A stretch of DNA of 64,000 nt, taken from Chloroflexota bacterium. Its GTDB lineage: Bacteria > Chloroflexota > UBA11872 > VXOZ01. The position numbers and the translations under genes were made by a program. The notes beneath the pieces were generated by a model. The model made no database searches and had not been told where the DNA came from. It saw nothing but the letters and a program-made list of their open reading frames with translations. Where the stretch lies: positions 448,001 through 512,000 of the forward strand of contig OZ219801.1 of the NCBI GenBank assembly GCA_964291655.2. Direction: 5' to 3'. Below, one piece after another: positions 32,019 to 42,063 of the stretch. Every line of letters begins with the position of its first letter. The stretch's first letter is position 1.

Positions 32019-33818
32019 CTATACCGCAACAGGCGGAAGACGCCAGGCCGAGAGCCGGTTTTCCTCGTCAAGCACGACCAAGAGATTGCCGTCGTTTGCC
32101 ACGGCGAAATCGCGGATGGGTACCAGTGGGCTCACTGTCCCCAGTATGCTGCCGTCGTACTTGACGACAACCAGACGAATGTTCTCCGACAGACCGATGA
32201 GATAGTCGAAGTTGGCCACAATCTGAGACACGGGCATGGCGTCTTGCGCCCACAACTGACGGCCATTCTGGTCGAAAGCCGTAATGCCTTGTACACCGCC
32301 GACGTAGATGATGTCACCGGGTTGGGATACCGCCAAAGTGCGTCCACGGGCCGCCGCCTGCCACTCAATTTGCTGCGAGGCGATGTCGAATTGGCTCACG
32401 TGCCTATCGGTGAGAACAATGAGCTTTCGATCGAGATTGGCAAGCGCGACGCTTACGACCGGCTCAAAGAAATCTGAGCCCATCTGTTTCTCGCCGCGCT
32501 CATTGAGCACCAATACGTGAAACCGACCTTCGCCGACCGCTCCCAGCGCAATTCGCGTACCGTCTGATGAAAGGTGTGAGCTGTTCACGCCAAGCGATGG
32601 CGGAGTAACCCACGCGAGGCCGGACTGGTGGAAGCCGAAAGCCTGTCCAAGGCCTTCTGCATTGGACGTGGCGGCAACCATGAATGCACCGTCATGGCTG
32701 ATCTCTGCTCTCTCCAGAATGACGTCATATGCGTCTAAGGAATCACGCCAGCTTACCTCTCCAATCCCGCTGAGTGCCTGCGCGCCAATTCCTGCCGCAA
32801 AGATGTTCTCTCCTTCGCGGGTTACCGCCAGCGCAAACGTGGGCAGTGAGAAAGACTGCGTCCACTCGTGCGCGCCGTGCCCTGTTCGGCGCTGTATCAC
32901 ACCACTTGTGTCGCCGGCAAGGATGACATTTCCTTCAGGGGACACTGCAATGAAGTGCGCCGACAGTTCCAAGTCGGAAAACCAGGCTAACTCACGCCAC
33001 GTATGGCCCTGCACCGGCGCAACCTCGGCAGCGCGGAATTCATACACGGTATCTTCGTGCACGGCTGCAGCGACTCGGAGCTCCCGCCACTGTGCCGCCA
33101 CCGCCCGCGCCTCCGCCGCAACGCGGAATGGCCCCAACCAGACCGTGGGCACTTCGTCCTGCTTGATCACAGCACCTTGTAATGCCGCTGCCTCTTGCAC
33201 CTTTTGGGCCTCTTCAAGGCTGGCAAACGGTCCCAGCACTACGCGAGAAACTGCCGTTGGCTCCGCTGAAATCTCGATTCGACCTGCTTGAATGAGGAGG
33301 TCCTGCAGCGTTGGGCCATCCTTCAAGTTGGTATTGGCAATGAAGTATTCCAGTTGAAAATGCGCCTCGGAGAGCTGGGAATAGGCCGCAGCCAAAGCAG
33401 CATCCTGCTCCGTATCGATGTAGCGGCGAAATCCCGCTGCCGCCCGCGCAAGAGGATCAATAGCATCCAGCAAGCCATCCGAAACTTCCTCGGTGCCATC
33501 TGCACTAACATCGACGACTTGCTGGGCCAACAAGTGAATCTCAGGAATGAGAAAGTCAAGAGCTACACGATATTTGCTCGGGGTCAGCGATTGACGCATG
33601 AACGCCAGATTGTTGATGTTGAGGCGCCGGACAATGAGAATAGCATCGCGCGAGATTTGCTCGATGCGCTCATCCGACTGGCGGGCAACTTCCTCAGGCG
33701 TCTGAATCGAAGGGGTCTGTGAGGGAAGGGTACTACATCCGAGAGCAAGTACTGCAACTAATGAACAAAGTGCAATCGCTCTCAAAGCTTGTCGCGATAG
33801 GATCATGGCGGGAACCAA
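32019..33818 (-). CDS. Lipoprotein with helical domain, SPOR-like domain and WD40/PQQ-type beta-propeller
   Basis: ALGC lipobox; two VxLGPF....EA SPOR-like repeats; AVSPEG/DG propeller blades. Confidence 0.65.
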   Translation of the reverse strand: MVPAMILSRQALRAIALCSLVAVLALGCSTLPSQTPSIQTPEEVARQSDERIEQISRDAILIVRRLNINNLAFMRQSLTPSKYRVALDFLIPEIHLLAQQVVDVSADGTEEVSDGLLDAIDPLARAAAGFRRYIDTEQDAALAAAYSQLSEAHFQLEYFIANTNLKDGPTLQDLLIQAGRIEISAEPTAVSRVVLGPFASLEEAQKVQEAAALQGAVIKQDEVPTVWLGPFRVAAEARAVAAQWRELRVAAAVHEDTVYEFRAAEVAPVQGHTWRELAWFSDLELSAHFIAVSPEGNVILAGDTSGVIQRRTGHGAHEWTQSFSLPTFALAVTREGENIFAAGIGAQALSGIGEVSWRDSLDAYDVILERAEISHDGAFMVAATSNAEGLGQAFGFHQSGLAWVTPPSLGVNSSHLSSDGTRIALGAVGEGRFHVLVLNERGEKQMGSDFFEPVVSVALANLDRKLIVLTDRHVSQFDIASQQIEWQAAARGRTLAVSQPGDIIYVGGVQGITAFDQNGRQLWAQDAMPVSQIVANFDYLIGLSENIRLVVVKYDGSILGTVSPLVPIRDFAVANDGNLLVVLDEENRLSAWRLPPVAV

Positions 33819-33847
33819 ATAGACAACACAATGCGGTTTATATGACG

Positions 33848-34675
33848 CTAGAAGCCATCTTCCACCATCATCAAATCGTCATGATCGACCGCTTCCTTTT
33901 CGAGGTCGGCCCAGTCATCGGCATCGCCGAACTCATCCGCCGCATCGCTCTTCAGCGAAACTGCTGAATGTCGAACGAAAGCCAGCCTGCCGCTCTGCGC
34001 GCGACTCTGACTTGGGAAGGAGTGCTGCCCGGCCAGGCTCGAGTGTTGATACGTCTCCTTTATCACGATGAAAATGTCACCACTCTGAATACCCACCACC
34101 GCGGCTGCAAAGCGATTACCGGATTCAATCAAGAATGCAAGCCGTTGCGAAAGCGCAGCGCCCAATTGCCCCAATGGCACCCCATTGCGGCTTACGACCC
34201 GTATGATGCTGCCATGTTGTTGGAGACGCAATGGATCTCCTGGCAAGGGCAGGGCACTACTCGGCTTTCTGGGAAGCGGAAGCAACTTGACTATTGTCGT
34301 CTTGCCGGATTCTGCAATGAAGATGTCCGCAGGGACATGAGGAATGTCGTCAGCGCTAGCAATCTCAGGGGTAGCGCACAAAGAGGACCGGAGCCGTTCC
34401 AGATTTCGCCCGGCAATTGCGTTAACAGGATCCAGCTCCAGCGCTCGCCGGTAGACATCTTTCGCTTCATGCAACAATCCCATCTCCCACAGCGACTTGC
34501 CGAGACGATTGTGCGCGTCAACATCATCCGGGCAGAGTTTCACGATCGAGCGATTAATCTTTTCGGCTTCAGCCCAACGCTGATGAGCGGCGCATTGAAT
34601 CGCTTGCTGCTCCCAATACCGCTTGAACCGGCTTCGGTCAGTGCTAATGACTTGTGACATGTCTCTTGGCCTCAC
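33848..34675 (-). CDS. Tetratricopeptide repeat protein with a HIRAN-like C-terminal domain
   Basis: AHNRLGKSL...ALELDPVN TPR; LGQL...LSQRL..LI..GN.F pattern; acidic tail. Confidence 0.75.
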   Translation of the reverse strand: MRPRDMSQVISTDRSRFKRYWEQQAIQCAAHQRWAEAEKINRSIVKLCPDDVDAHNRLGKSLWEMGLLHEAKDVYRRALELDPVNAIAGRNLERLRSSLCATPEIASADDIPHVPADIFIAESGKTTIVKLLPLPRKPSSALPLPGDPLRLQQHGSIIRVVSRNGVPLGQLGAALSQRLAFLIESGNRFAAAVVGIQSGDIFIVIKETYQHSSLAGQHSFPSQSRAQSGRLAFVRHSAVSLKSDAADEFGDADDWADLEKEAVDHDDLMMVEDGF

Positions 34676-35183
34676 TCAGGACAGGTATGAACGACACACA
34701 GGTTTACAAGAATCAGCATGGCGTGCATGCCAAATGGAGGAGAACTTTGCCACGGACACACTACTCCCCCGGGAATTGCAGGTGGGAGCAACGATTGCCA
34801 GCGGCGATGCTATAATTGACTTGAACTAGAGGGTAGTTACAAGTCAATTCACGAATCTACTATAGCATAAGATTTCGTTAAATCACTACTTTAAGCGTAG
34901 AAACCACCCAAATCTCAAGAAAATTCCTCTACGACCCGATTCAACGTAGAAGTCCGCTGACGAATTCCTTGGCTAGATGACCATGCCCATGGCTGTCGGC
35001 GTCAGATTCTCGGCCGGCAGAGATTCAGCAGGAGTGCAGACCTGTGAACGACGGGGAAGTCCTATAGTCCTATCGCCTTCAGCCGCTTACCCAGCCTGCG
35101 CAAGCGCCCTTTCACCCAAGGGCTAGTTTGAGATCCTAGTCTCCCCTATCACGTAGACCATCCGACACGAAGAACTTGAAGCG

Positions 35184-36197
35184 ATGCTCAAAGACACGAA
35201 TGACAAGCCGGAAACACGCACAGAGGAATCACTCGATGCCCCACTGTCCGTGAGCGTCCTCATTCCGACCTGGAACGGCAGAGACCTGCTGCGCGCCTGC
35301 CTGGATTCTCTTTTGCAGCAGACCCACCGAGATTTTGAGGTGGTTGTGGCCGAAAATGGTTCTGTCGACGGTACAAGAGACATGCTAGAGCAGGAATATC
35401 CGTGGGTACGAGTCGTGGCCCTCGACCGGAACCTAGGTTTCGCTCGCGGCGTGAAAGCGGCGTTCGACGTTGCTACAGGAAACCTGATCGTCCTGCTAAA
35501 CAATGATACGGAAGCGGCGCCAACCTGGCTTGAAGAGCTTGTGGCCGCGGCACACGGCCATCCCACTGCAGCGTCATTTGCATGCAAGATACTCCTATTT
35601 CAGGATCGTAGACGCCTGCACTCTGCTGGAGACTACTACGGCTGCGACGGCGTGCCGGGAAACCGCGGAGTATGGGAGCAGGACGGACCGGACTATAGCG
35701 AACGCGGCTGGGTGTTTGGCGCACAAGGGGCGGCTTGCGCCTACCGCCGGAGCCTCTTAGACACTATTGGCTTCTTCGACGAAGACCTTGTCTCTTATTG
35801 CGAAGACGTTGACCTAAACTGGCGCGCTAATCTTCGCGGATTTCGGTGTCTCTATGTTCCAGAAGCCCAGGTCTTCCATCACGTCTCTGCGACCGGTGGC
35901 GGGGCGCTTGCCAGCTACTATTGCGGACGAAACTTCATTGCTGTCGCAGTGAAAGACGTCCCCGGGTATCTCTGGCGGCGATACTGGAGACGGATAATTG
36001 GACAGCAGTTAGCCATTACTGTCGAAGCCTTGCGCAACTTTCGAGGTGAAGCGGCGCGCGCACGCCTGCGGGGACAGCTTGCAGGTCTCGCCCTCATCCC
36101 CTCCATGCTACGCAAACGCCGCGTCGTCCAGGGACAGATAACGGTTGATCTGTCAAAGATAGAAGAGTTGATGGGTCCGTGGATATTGCCGCTCTGA
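35184..36197 (+). CDS. Glycosyltransferase family 2
   Basis: VLIPTWN, ENGSVDG, NLGFA, LLNND, EDVDL. Confidence 0.92.
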   Translation: MLKDTNDKPETRTEESLDAPLSVSVLIPTWNGRDLLRACLDSLLQQTHRDFEVVVAENGSVDGTRDMLEQEYPWVRVVALDRNLGFARGVKAAFDVATGNLIVLLNNDTEAAPTWLEELVAAAHGHPTAASFACKILLFQDRRRLHSAGDYYGCDGVPGNRGVWEQDGPDYSERGWVFGAQGAACAYRRSLLDTIGFFDEDLVSYCEDVDLNWRANLRGFRCLYVPEAQVFHHVSATGGGALASYYCGRNFIAVAVKDVPGYLWRRYWRRIIGQQLAITVEALRNFRGEAARARLRGQLAGLALIPSMLRKRRVVQGQITVDLSKIEELMGPWILPL

Positions 36198-36547
36198 CAA
36201 TAGACTGCCGGACAATGCATGCTGACGCTTGGTACATGAAATGCGCCCTTTAGATGAAAAGCCTAATTGGCGGGGGTGTACTGCGAACAGTACAGCCGGC
36301 GGCATGAATAACAACCGCGTAAATCTTGAATGGTGCGGCAATGAGCGCTTGCTTGATAACGGAGACCGGCCGCAATAGAGGATGCAACTCCACTCGACCG
36401 CACTCAATCCACCTCTCACTGCCCCTATGTCTAAGCATTGGCCCCACCATCGTCGCCCGGAGAAAATTCGTACAATAGGAGTCAAGAGAGGCAAGCAGCT
36501 TTCAGTAAGTCATTGAGCAATCGCAAGACAAGGGAGTGAAACCGCCG

Positions 36548-36922
36548 ATGAAGTACCTAAAACGTCTTTTGTTCGAATCAGGCAATGACGCTGACAACGT
36601 CAAAGACGCCGATCCAACCGCCGATCCTAATCTTTTCTGGTACTACGTGCGCTGCAACAGATGTGGCGAATCTGTTGCAGTGATGGCGCGCAAGGGCTAT
36701 GACCTTGTGGAGGAATTCGAGGAATCCAGCAACAGCGATGCTCCGGTCGGGTATAGCCTATTCAAGGATGTCATGGGACGTAGCGACACATGCTTCCAAC
36801 AGATGCGCATCGAGATTCACTTCAGCACGAGCTACGAAGAGCAGAGCAGGCACATCGAGGGTGGACAGTTCATCACTGCTGCGGAGCACCGTGCCGGCAC
36901 GAACGGAGAAGAGCAACTTTAA
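36548..36922 (+). CDS. Hypothetical protein with CxxC motif
   Basis: YVRCNRCGE; coding-like composition. Confidence 0.65.
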   Translation: MKYLKRLLFESGNDADNVKDADPTADPNLFWYYVRCNRCGESVAVMARKGYDLVEEFEESSNSDAPVGYSLFKDVMGRSDTCFQQMRIEIHFSTSYEEQSRHIEGGQFITAAEHRAGTNGEEQL

Positions 36923-37195
36923 AAGGAAGTACCGGTGGCTGCGAATCCCAAAGTGCATTGCCGGCGCAAAGCTTTGCACGCCTCAGCTTCCCGTGGAAGG
37001 GACTTTCAGCCACTATTGCGCAGGGGTGACTTTGCGATTGCCTAACCTTGCTTCTCTGCAATTCTGCGCCCATCACAACGCACATTGCTTCGCGTTGCCG
37101 CCCGTCACATCGCGAATTCAAGGTCAATCGGCAGGCCAAGTTTACAGACATGATCGGCAAGGGAGTCTCCGGCGAATGAGAAAAGAGCACCAACG

Positions 37196-38632
37196 GTGAG
37201 TTTGGGACTACCGGCCGGTCTCCTGCGCAGCGAAGCTTTGGGCCGCATCTCCTGGACGGTCCTCTTTTTGCTCATTGCAATTCTGCTGGGCATCGCTATC
37301 GGCTGGGGAGCGGTAAACTACTCGCCGTTTACGCTTCTCTTTCTCCTGGTGGGCCTAGTTGGGAGCGTTGCCGTTGCCTTCTCCCCGGGTCTAGCAGTCA
37401 TCGGGTTAATGGCAATCATCTGGTTACTTCCCTTCGGCACCTTGCCGTTCCGCGTTGGCTTTCGCTTCAGTTTCCTAGACCTTGCAACCGGCGCGCTGCT
37501 CTTTCTGTTCGCATGGCAAGTGTGCACACATCGTCTGCGTTTGCCAAGCCGCCTATCGGTAGTTGCCGTTGCGCTCTACGTCCTCCTCTTGCTAGTTGCC
37601 GCCGGCAACGGTCTGCGCTTTGGCATGTCTGAAGATGCCATCACGTATTCAATTAAATTGGCCTCGAGCGCCTTAATGTTCATCATGCTCGTCACGTGGT
37701 TGCAAACTGTGCAAGCAGCTCGACGCGCGGCCACGTGGTTTCTTGTATTCGCCGCCGGCCAGGCCATGATAGGTGTCGTTCTTTACTTAATTCCCACAGC
37801 TTATTCAATCAAGATACTCTCTCAGTTTGGGCGAATAGGCTATCCGGTTGGGGGCGGCGTGCTGCGATACATAGCCGACACTCCCTTGCTACGCGCGACG
37901 GGAACGAGCATCGATCCTAACATGCTGGGCGGTGCCTTGGTATTCGCCATCGCCTTTGGCGTGGCGCTATGGGCCAGCCACCCACGAAGATGGTGGTTGC
38001 TCGGCCTGCTTGGCCTTTTGCTGCTCTGTCTTCTTTTCACGCGTTCGCGTGCCGCACTCCTTGGGAGCGGCGCGGCAATTGTGGTTCTTACAACCCTCAG
38101 ATACCGGTGGCTGTTTTGGCTCTATCCTCTTGGCGGCATTACGATCGCCGCTCTGCCTCAGACTCGTGCCATGCTCCTGCATCTCTTATCGGGATTGCGC
38201 GCACAGGATCGTGCGGCAGCGATGCGTTTGGATGAGTATTCTAAGTCATTTAACCTCATTCAAGATCATCCATTGCTGGGCGTGGGATTCGGGCCGCCGC
38301 CCACCATCGACACCTTCGTCGGCGTATCGAGCATTTACTTGCAACTGGCCGAATTGGGTGGACTTGTCACGCTCGCCGCCTTCAGCCTGGCAGTTGGGGC
38401 AGCGCTCTGGAGCATGTTGCAAGGATGGCGTAGAGGCTTGACACCGGACAGTGAATGGGTGGCGCTCGGCGCTCTCGCAGGCCTGTTGGGAGCGCTCGTA
38501 ACCGGACTGTTCGACCAACACTACGTCGTCTATCCTCACATGGCAACACTATTCTGGCTAGTTGCCGGGCTTGGCGTTGCCGCCGCTTGGGTTAGGCAAG
38601 ACTCCAAACACTCTACTGAAGACACCTTGTGA
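37196..38632 (+). CDS. O-antigen ligase/polymerase family membrane protein
   Basis: RATGTSIDPN, FTRSR, HPLLGVG, AELG; many TM segments. Confidence 0.88.
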   Translation: MSLGLPAGLLRSEALGRISWTVLFLLIAILLGIAIGWGAVNYSPFTLLFLLVGLVGSVAVAFSPGLAVIGLMAIIWLLPFGTLPFRVGFRFSFLDLATGALLFLFAWQVCTHRLRLPSRLSVVAVALYVLLLLVAAGNGLRFGMSEDAITYSIKLASSALMFIMLVTWLQTVQAARRAATWFLVFAAGQAMIGVVLYLIPTAYSIKILSQFGRIGYPVGGGVLRYIADTPLLRATGTSIDPNMLGGALVFAIAFGVALWASHPRRWWLLGLLGLLLLCLLFTRSRAALLGSGAAIVVLTTLRYRWLFWLYPLGGITIAALPQTRAMLLHLLSGLRAQDRAAAMRLDEYSKSFNLIQDHPLLGVGFGPPPTIDTFVGVSSIYLQLAELGGLVTLAAFSLAVGAALWSMLQGWRRGLTPDSEWVALGALAGLLGALVTGLFDQHYVVYPHMATLFWLVAGLGVAAAWVRQDSKHSTEDTL

Positions 38633-38721
38633 TGCTATGATTATTTCAAAGGCCTCCTCTTCCACGAGGACCCTAAGCGAGTTGGATCAAATGGAATTTC
38701 ACGTGAGCCCTGCAACAACGC

Positions 38722-39828
38722 ATGAAGATCGGCATTGATTGTCGCCTCCACTACTACAATCGCACAGGAATCGGCCACTATATTCGAAACCTGATTCGGG
38801 AGTTTCCGGAGTCCGCCAATACTGAAATGGAGTTAGTCCTACTCCAAAGTAGACGGGAACGCGAAGCACTCCTGCAAGCCCCCCGAATGCGCTGCCGTAG
38901 AGTCTTTACTCCTGCCCACCATCCCGTGGAGCGGTGGTTCCTGGCAGCGGAAATTGCGGCTCAGCGGCTAGACGTACTGCATAGCCCTGACCACGTGGCA
39001 CCGAAACGGACAGGGTGGGAGAGCGTGGTTACCATTCACGATCTCTGCTTCTTGGCTCATCCGGAAGCCTACGATTCTGCCAGTCTTCTCTACTACACCC
39101 AGGTTTTTCGCACACTACCTCGTACAGCCAAGGTTATCACGGTATCGGAATTCACCCGGCACGAAGTCCTAAACCGCATCTCCATCGCACCGGAAAAGGT
39201 TATCACCGTTTACGAGGCAGTGGATCCGGCTTACTATACGCGCACAGAGGCTGATTGCGAACACATCAGACGTCGTCTTGGTATTTCTGAGCCGTATATC
39301 CTCGTAGTTGGCACCATTGAAGCACGCAAGAATCTGGAACGAGTAATTGAGGCATATGCCGTGCTGCCTCGCCGAGACCGTCCCCAACTCGTCTTTGCCG
39401 GCGGCCGGGGCTATCAATATGAAAATGTCCTCGAGGCAGTCCAGGGGCATCGCCTTCAGGACCAGGTCAAGTTTCTCGGTTTCGTGGACGACGCCGAGCT
39501 ACCGATGCTTTATTCCGGCGCGGTCTGTCTCCTGTTCCCATCTCTCTACGAAGGATTTGGGTTGCCCATACTTGAGGCGATGGCGTGCGGCTGCCCTGTC
39601 ATCACCTCAAACTTCGGCAGCATGGCAGAAGTTGCTGGGGATGCCGCCATCCTCGTAGATCCAAACTCCGCCGCAGCGATTGCGCAGGGCATCTCGTCTC
39701 TCTTGAGTGACACGGCGCTGCGCGACGGCATGAACGCCAGAGGGCACGCACGCGTGAAGCAGTTCTCGTGGCGCACTGCGGCTCAGCAAACGCTTGCCGT
39801 CTACCGCGAGGCTGCAGGACCACACTGA
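38722..39828 (+). CDS. Glycosyltransferase family 4
   Basis: TGIGHY, TIHDL, GTIEARKN, SLYEGFGLPILEAMACG. Confidence 0.93.
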   Translation: MKIGIDCRLHYYNRTGIGHYIRNLIREFPESANTEMELVLLQSRREREALLQAPRMRCRRVFTPAHHPVERWFLAAEIAAQRLDVLHSPDHVAPKRTGWESVVTIHDLCFLAHPEAYDSASLLYYTQVFRTLPRTAKVITVSEFTRHEVLNRISIAPEKVITVYEAVDPAYYTRTEADCEHIRRRLGISEPYILVVGTIEARKNLERVIEAYAVLPRRDRPQLVFAGGRGYQYENVLEAVQGHRLQDQVKFLGFVDDAELPMLYSGAVCLLFPSLYEGFGLPILEAMACGCPVITSNFGSMAEVAGDAAILVDPNSAAAIAQGISSLLSDTALRDGMNARGHARVKQFSWRTAAQQTLAVYREAAGPH

Positions 39829-41036
39829 TGCGAGTCCTCTTCCTTACGCCGCAACCGCCCTGGCCGCCTCACGCCGGCCCGGCAGTCCGCAACTATCAAC
39901 TCATCTCTGGCGCTGCTACCCAACACCAAGTGTATGTATTGTGCTTTGGCGACTCCGACACTGATCTAACAGCACTGAACGAGATTTGCAGTTGGGCAGG
40001 ATGGGTAGCCCGGCCCCATTCAACTCTTCGCGACCGCATACTTCACCTGCTACGGAGTTCGGAGCCGGATCTCGCGTTTAGGCTCCAGAGCGAGGCCTTT
40101 GCAGAACGCTTGCGTTTCATTCTGGCACATCAGCACTTCGATCTCATTCAATTCGAGGGCTTGGAAATGGTCCCTTATCTTGCCTGGGCACGAAGGGAGA
40201 GTCCGAACAGTCTGCTCGTTCTCGACGAGCACAATGCGGAATATTTGCTCCAAGAGCGCATATCAGCCACCTCCCAGAGCTTAGGGCGCTGGTACTCTCG
40301 CATCCAAGCCCGCAGACTGCGCCAGTATGAGTCGAATGCGCTCGCCTCGAGCGACGGCTGGATCACCGTTTCCAAAGTTGATGAAAGCCACCTGGAACCC
40401 CTCTCCAGCGGCAAACCGCATACGGTCATTCCTATCGGCGTTGACCCTGAGAAGCAAGGCGCCCAGGGCGTACCCCTCGCGCCTTTGCCGCGCCTATTTT
40501 TCGCAGGAAAGCTGGACTATCGACCGAATAGGGATGGCTTGCGCTGGTTCTGCACCAAAGTCTGGCCGCTCATTCGATCTGAAGTCCCAACCGTGGAATT
40601 CATCGTGGCCGGATCCGGTGCCAGCCCTGAAAGGCGCTGGCTCCGCCAGCCGGGGATACAGTCACTGGGCTACCTGGACGACAGAGAGTTCGCGCAAGCC
40701 CTCGGCAGCGCGTGGGTCTCGGTGGTACCGGTTCAGGCGGGAAGCGGCATGCGCGTAAAAATACTCGAGTCTTTCCTATGGGCGAAGCCGGTTGCGACCA
40801 CAAGTATCGGCATTGAGGGTATAGAAGCTGCACCCGGCGAGCACGTGCGCATTGGCGACACCCCGGAGGACTTTGCCGGACATGTAGTCGATCTCTTACG
40901 CGATCGTCTCTTGGCGCAAGAGCAAGGCCTGGCAGCCAAGCGACTTGCGGAGGAACTCTACGATTGGCGCCGCTTCACGCCTCGCCTGCTCGATTTTTAT
41001 GGGCGCCTGCATGAGTCACGTGATGGGTATGTCTAG
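39828..41036 (+). CDS. Glycosyltransferase family 4
   Basis: HNAE, GKLDYRPN, GSGMRVKILE, GIEG. Confidence 0.9.
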   Translation: MRVLFLTPQPPWPPHAGPAVRNYQLISGAATQHQVYVLCFGDSDTDLTALNEICSWAGWVARPHSTLRDRILHLLRSSEPDLAFRLQSEAFAERLRFILAHQHFDLIQFEGLEMVPYLAWARRESPNSLLVLDEHNAEYLLQERISATSQSLGRWYSRIQARRLRQYESNALASSDGWITVSKVDESHLEPLSSGKPHTVIPIGVDPEKQGAQGVPLAPLPRLFFAGKLDYRPNRDGLRWFCTKVWPLIRSEVPTVEFIVAGSGASPERRWLRQPGIQSLGYLDDREFAQALGSAWVSVVPVQAGSGMRVKILESFLWAKPVATTSIGIEGIEAAPGEHVRIGDTPEDFAGHVVDLLRDRLLAQEQGLAAKRLAEELYDWRRFTPRLLDFYGRLHESRDGYV

Positions 41037-42063
41037 AGTCTCACTGATAATCACGGTGTGGAACGAGGAAGCGGCCCTGCCAGTCCTACTGAGATCGCTC
41101 GTAGCACAGGACCGCCAACCGGACGAGATCGTCATCGCTGACGGCGGGTCAACCGACGGTACAGTCCCTTTGCTGCGGGACTTTGCGGCAGCGCGACAGC
41201 ACTCTGTCATTCCGGCTTCCGCCGGAATCCAGTCTCACATCGTCCTGCTTGAACTACCAGGCGCCAACATTGCGGAGGGTCGTAATGCCGCCATTCGCGC
41301 CGCCACCGGTGACATTATCGCTGTCACCGATGCCGGCGTTACGCTGCCTAATTACTGGCTTGAAGAGTTGGTGCGTCCGTTCGAGGACCGGCCGGATGTA
41401 AACATGGTTAGCGGCTATTCGCGGCCGGACCCTCGTACACGCTTTGAGGAACTGCTGGCCGTGACGACGCTTCCTCTGGTAAGCGAAATCCGTGAAGCAT
41501 CCTACCTTGCGTCAAGCCGCACCGTGGCATTTCGCCGTGAATTGTGGGGGAAAGCGGCTGGGTATCCAGAGTGGCTTGACTACTGCGAAGACGTAGTCTT
41601 CGACTTCAATTGTAAAGCGGTTGGCGCCCACGTTGTGTTTCAGCCGGCGGCGAGCGTGCGCTTTCGACCGCGCCCGCACCTCAAGGCATTCTTTCTGCAG
41701 TACTATCGCTATGCCCGGGGTGACGGCAAAGCAAACTTGTGGCCGGGCCGCCACGCGCTCCGCTACACTGCTTATGTTCTCGGGTCCATTCTGCTTTGGC
41801 GCGGCAGGCAGAATCCACTGTGGTGGGCGCTGCTCGCGTTGGCGATAGTTGCGGGCTCCCGCAAACCGCTCCTTCGTGCACTCACAGATCCCGCATCAAA
41901 AAACAAGAAGAGCCTTGTCTCTTCGTTTGGTAGTATCTTGCTCATACGTGTAGTGGGCGACATTGCCAAAATGCTTGGGTATCCGGTAGGAGTCTGGTGG
42001 CGATGGCGACTGCGTCAAGGACGGCGCCTTCGTCAAGGACGGCGACTGCGTCGAGGCCAATGA
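41029..42063 (+). CDS. Glycosyltransferase family 2 (contains an in-frame repeat insertion)
   Basis: ITVWNEE, ADGGSTDGT, GRNAAI, TDAG, ED. Confidence 0.9.
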   Translation: MSRVSLIITVWNEEAALPVLLRSLVAQDRQPDEIVIADGGSTDGTVPLLRDFAAARQHSVIPASAGIQSHIVLLELPGANIAEGRNAAIRAATGDIIAVTDAGVTLPNYWLEELVRPFEDRPDVNMVSGYSRPDPRTRFEELLAVTTLPLVSEIREASYLASSRTVAFRRELWGKAAGYPEWLDYCEDVVFDFNCKAVGAHVVFQPAASVRFRPRPHLKAFFLQYYRYARGDGKANLWPGRHALRYTAYVLGSILLWRGRQNPLWWALLALAIVAGSRKPLLRALTDPASKNKKSLVSSFGSILLIRVVGDIAKMLGYPVGVWWRWRLRQGRRLRQGRRLRRGQ

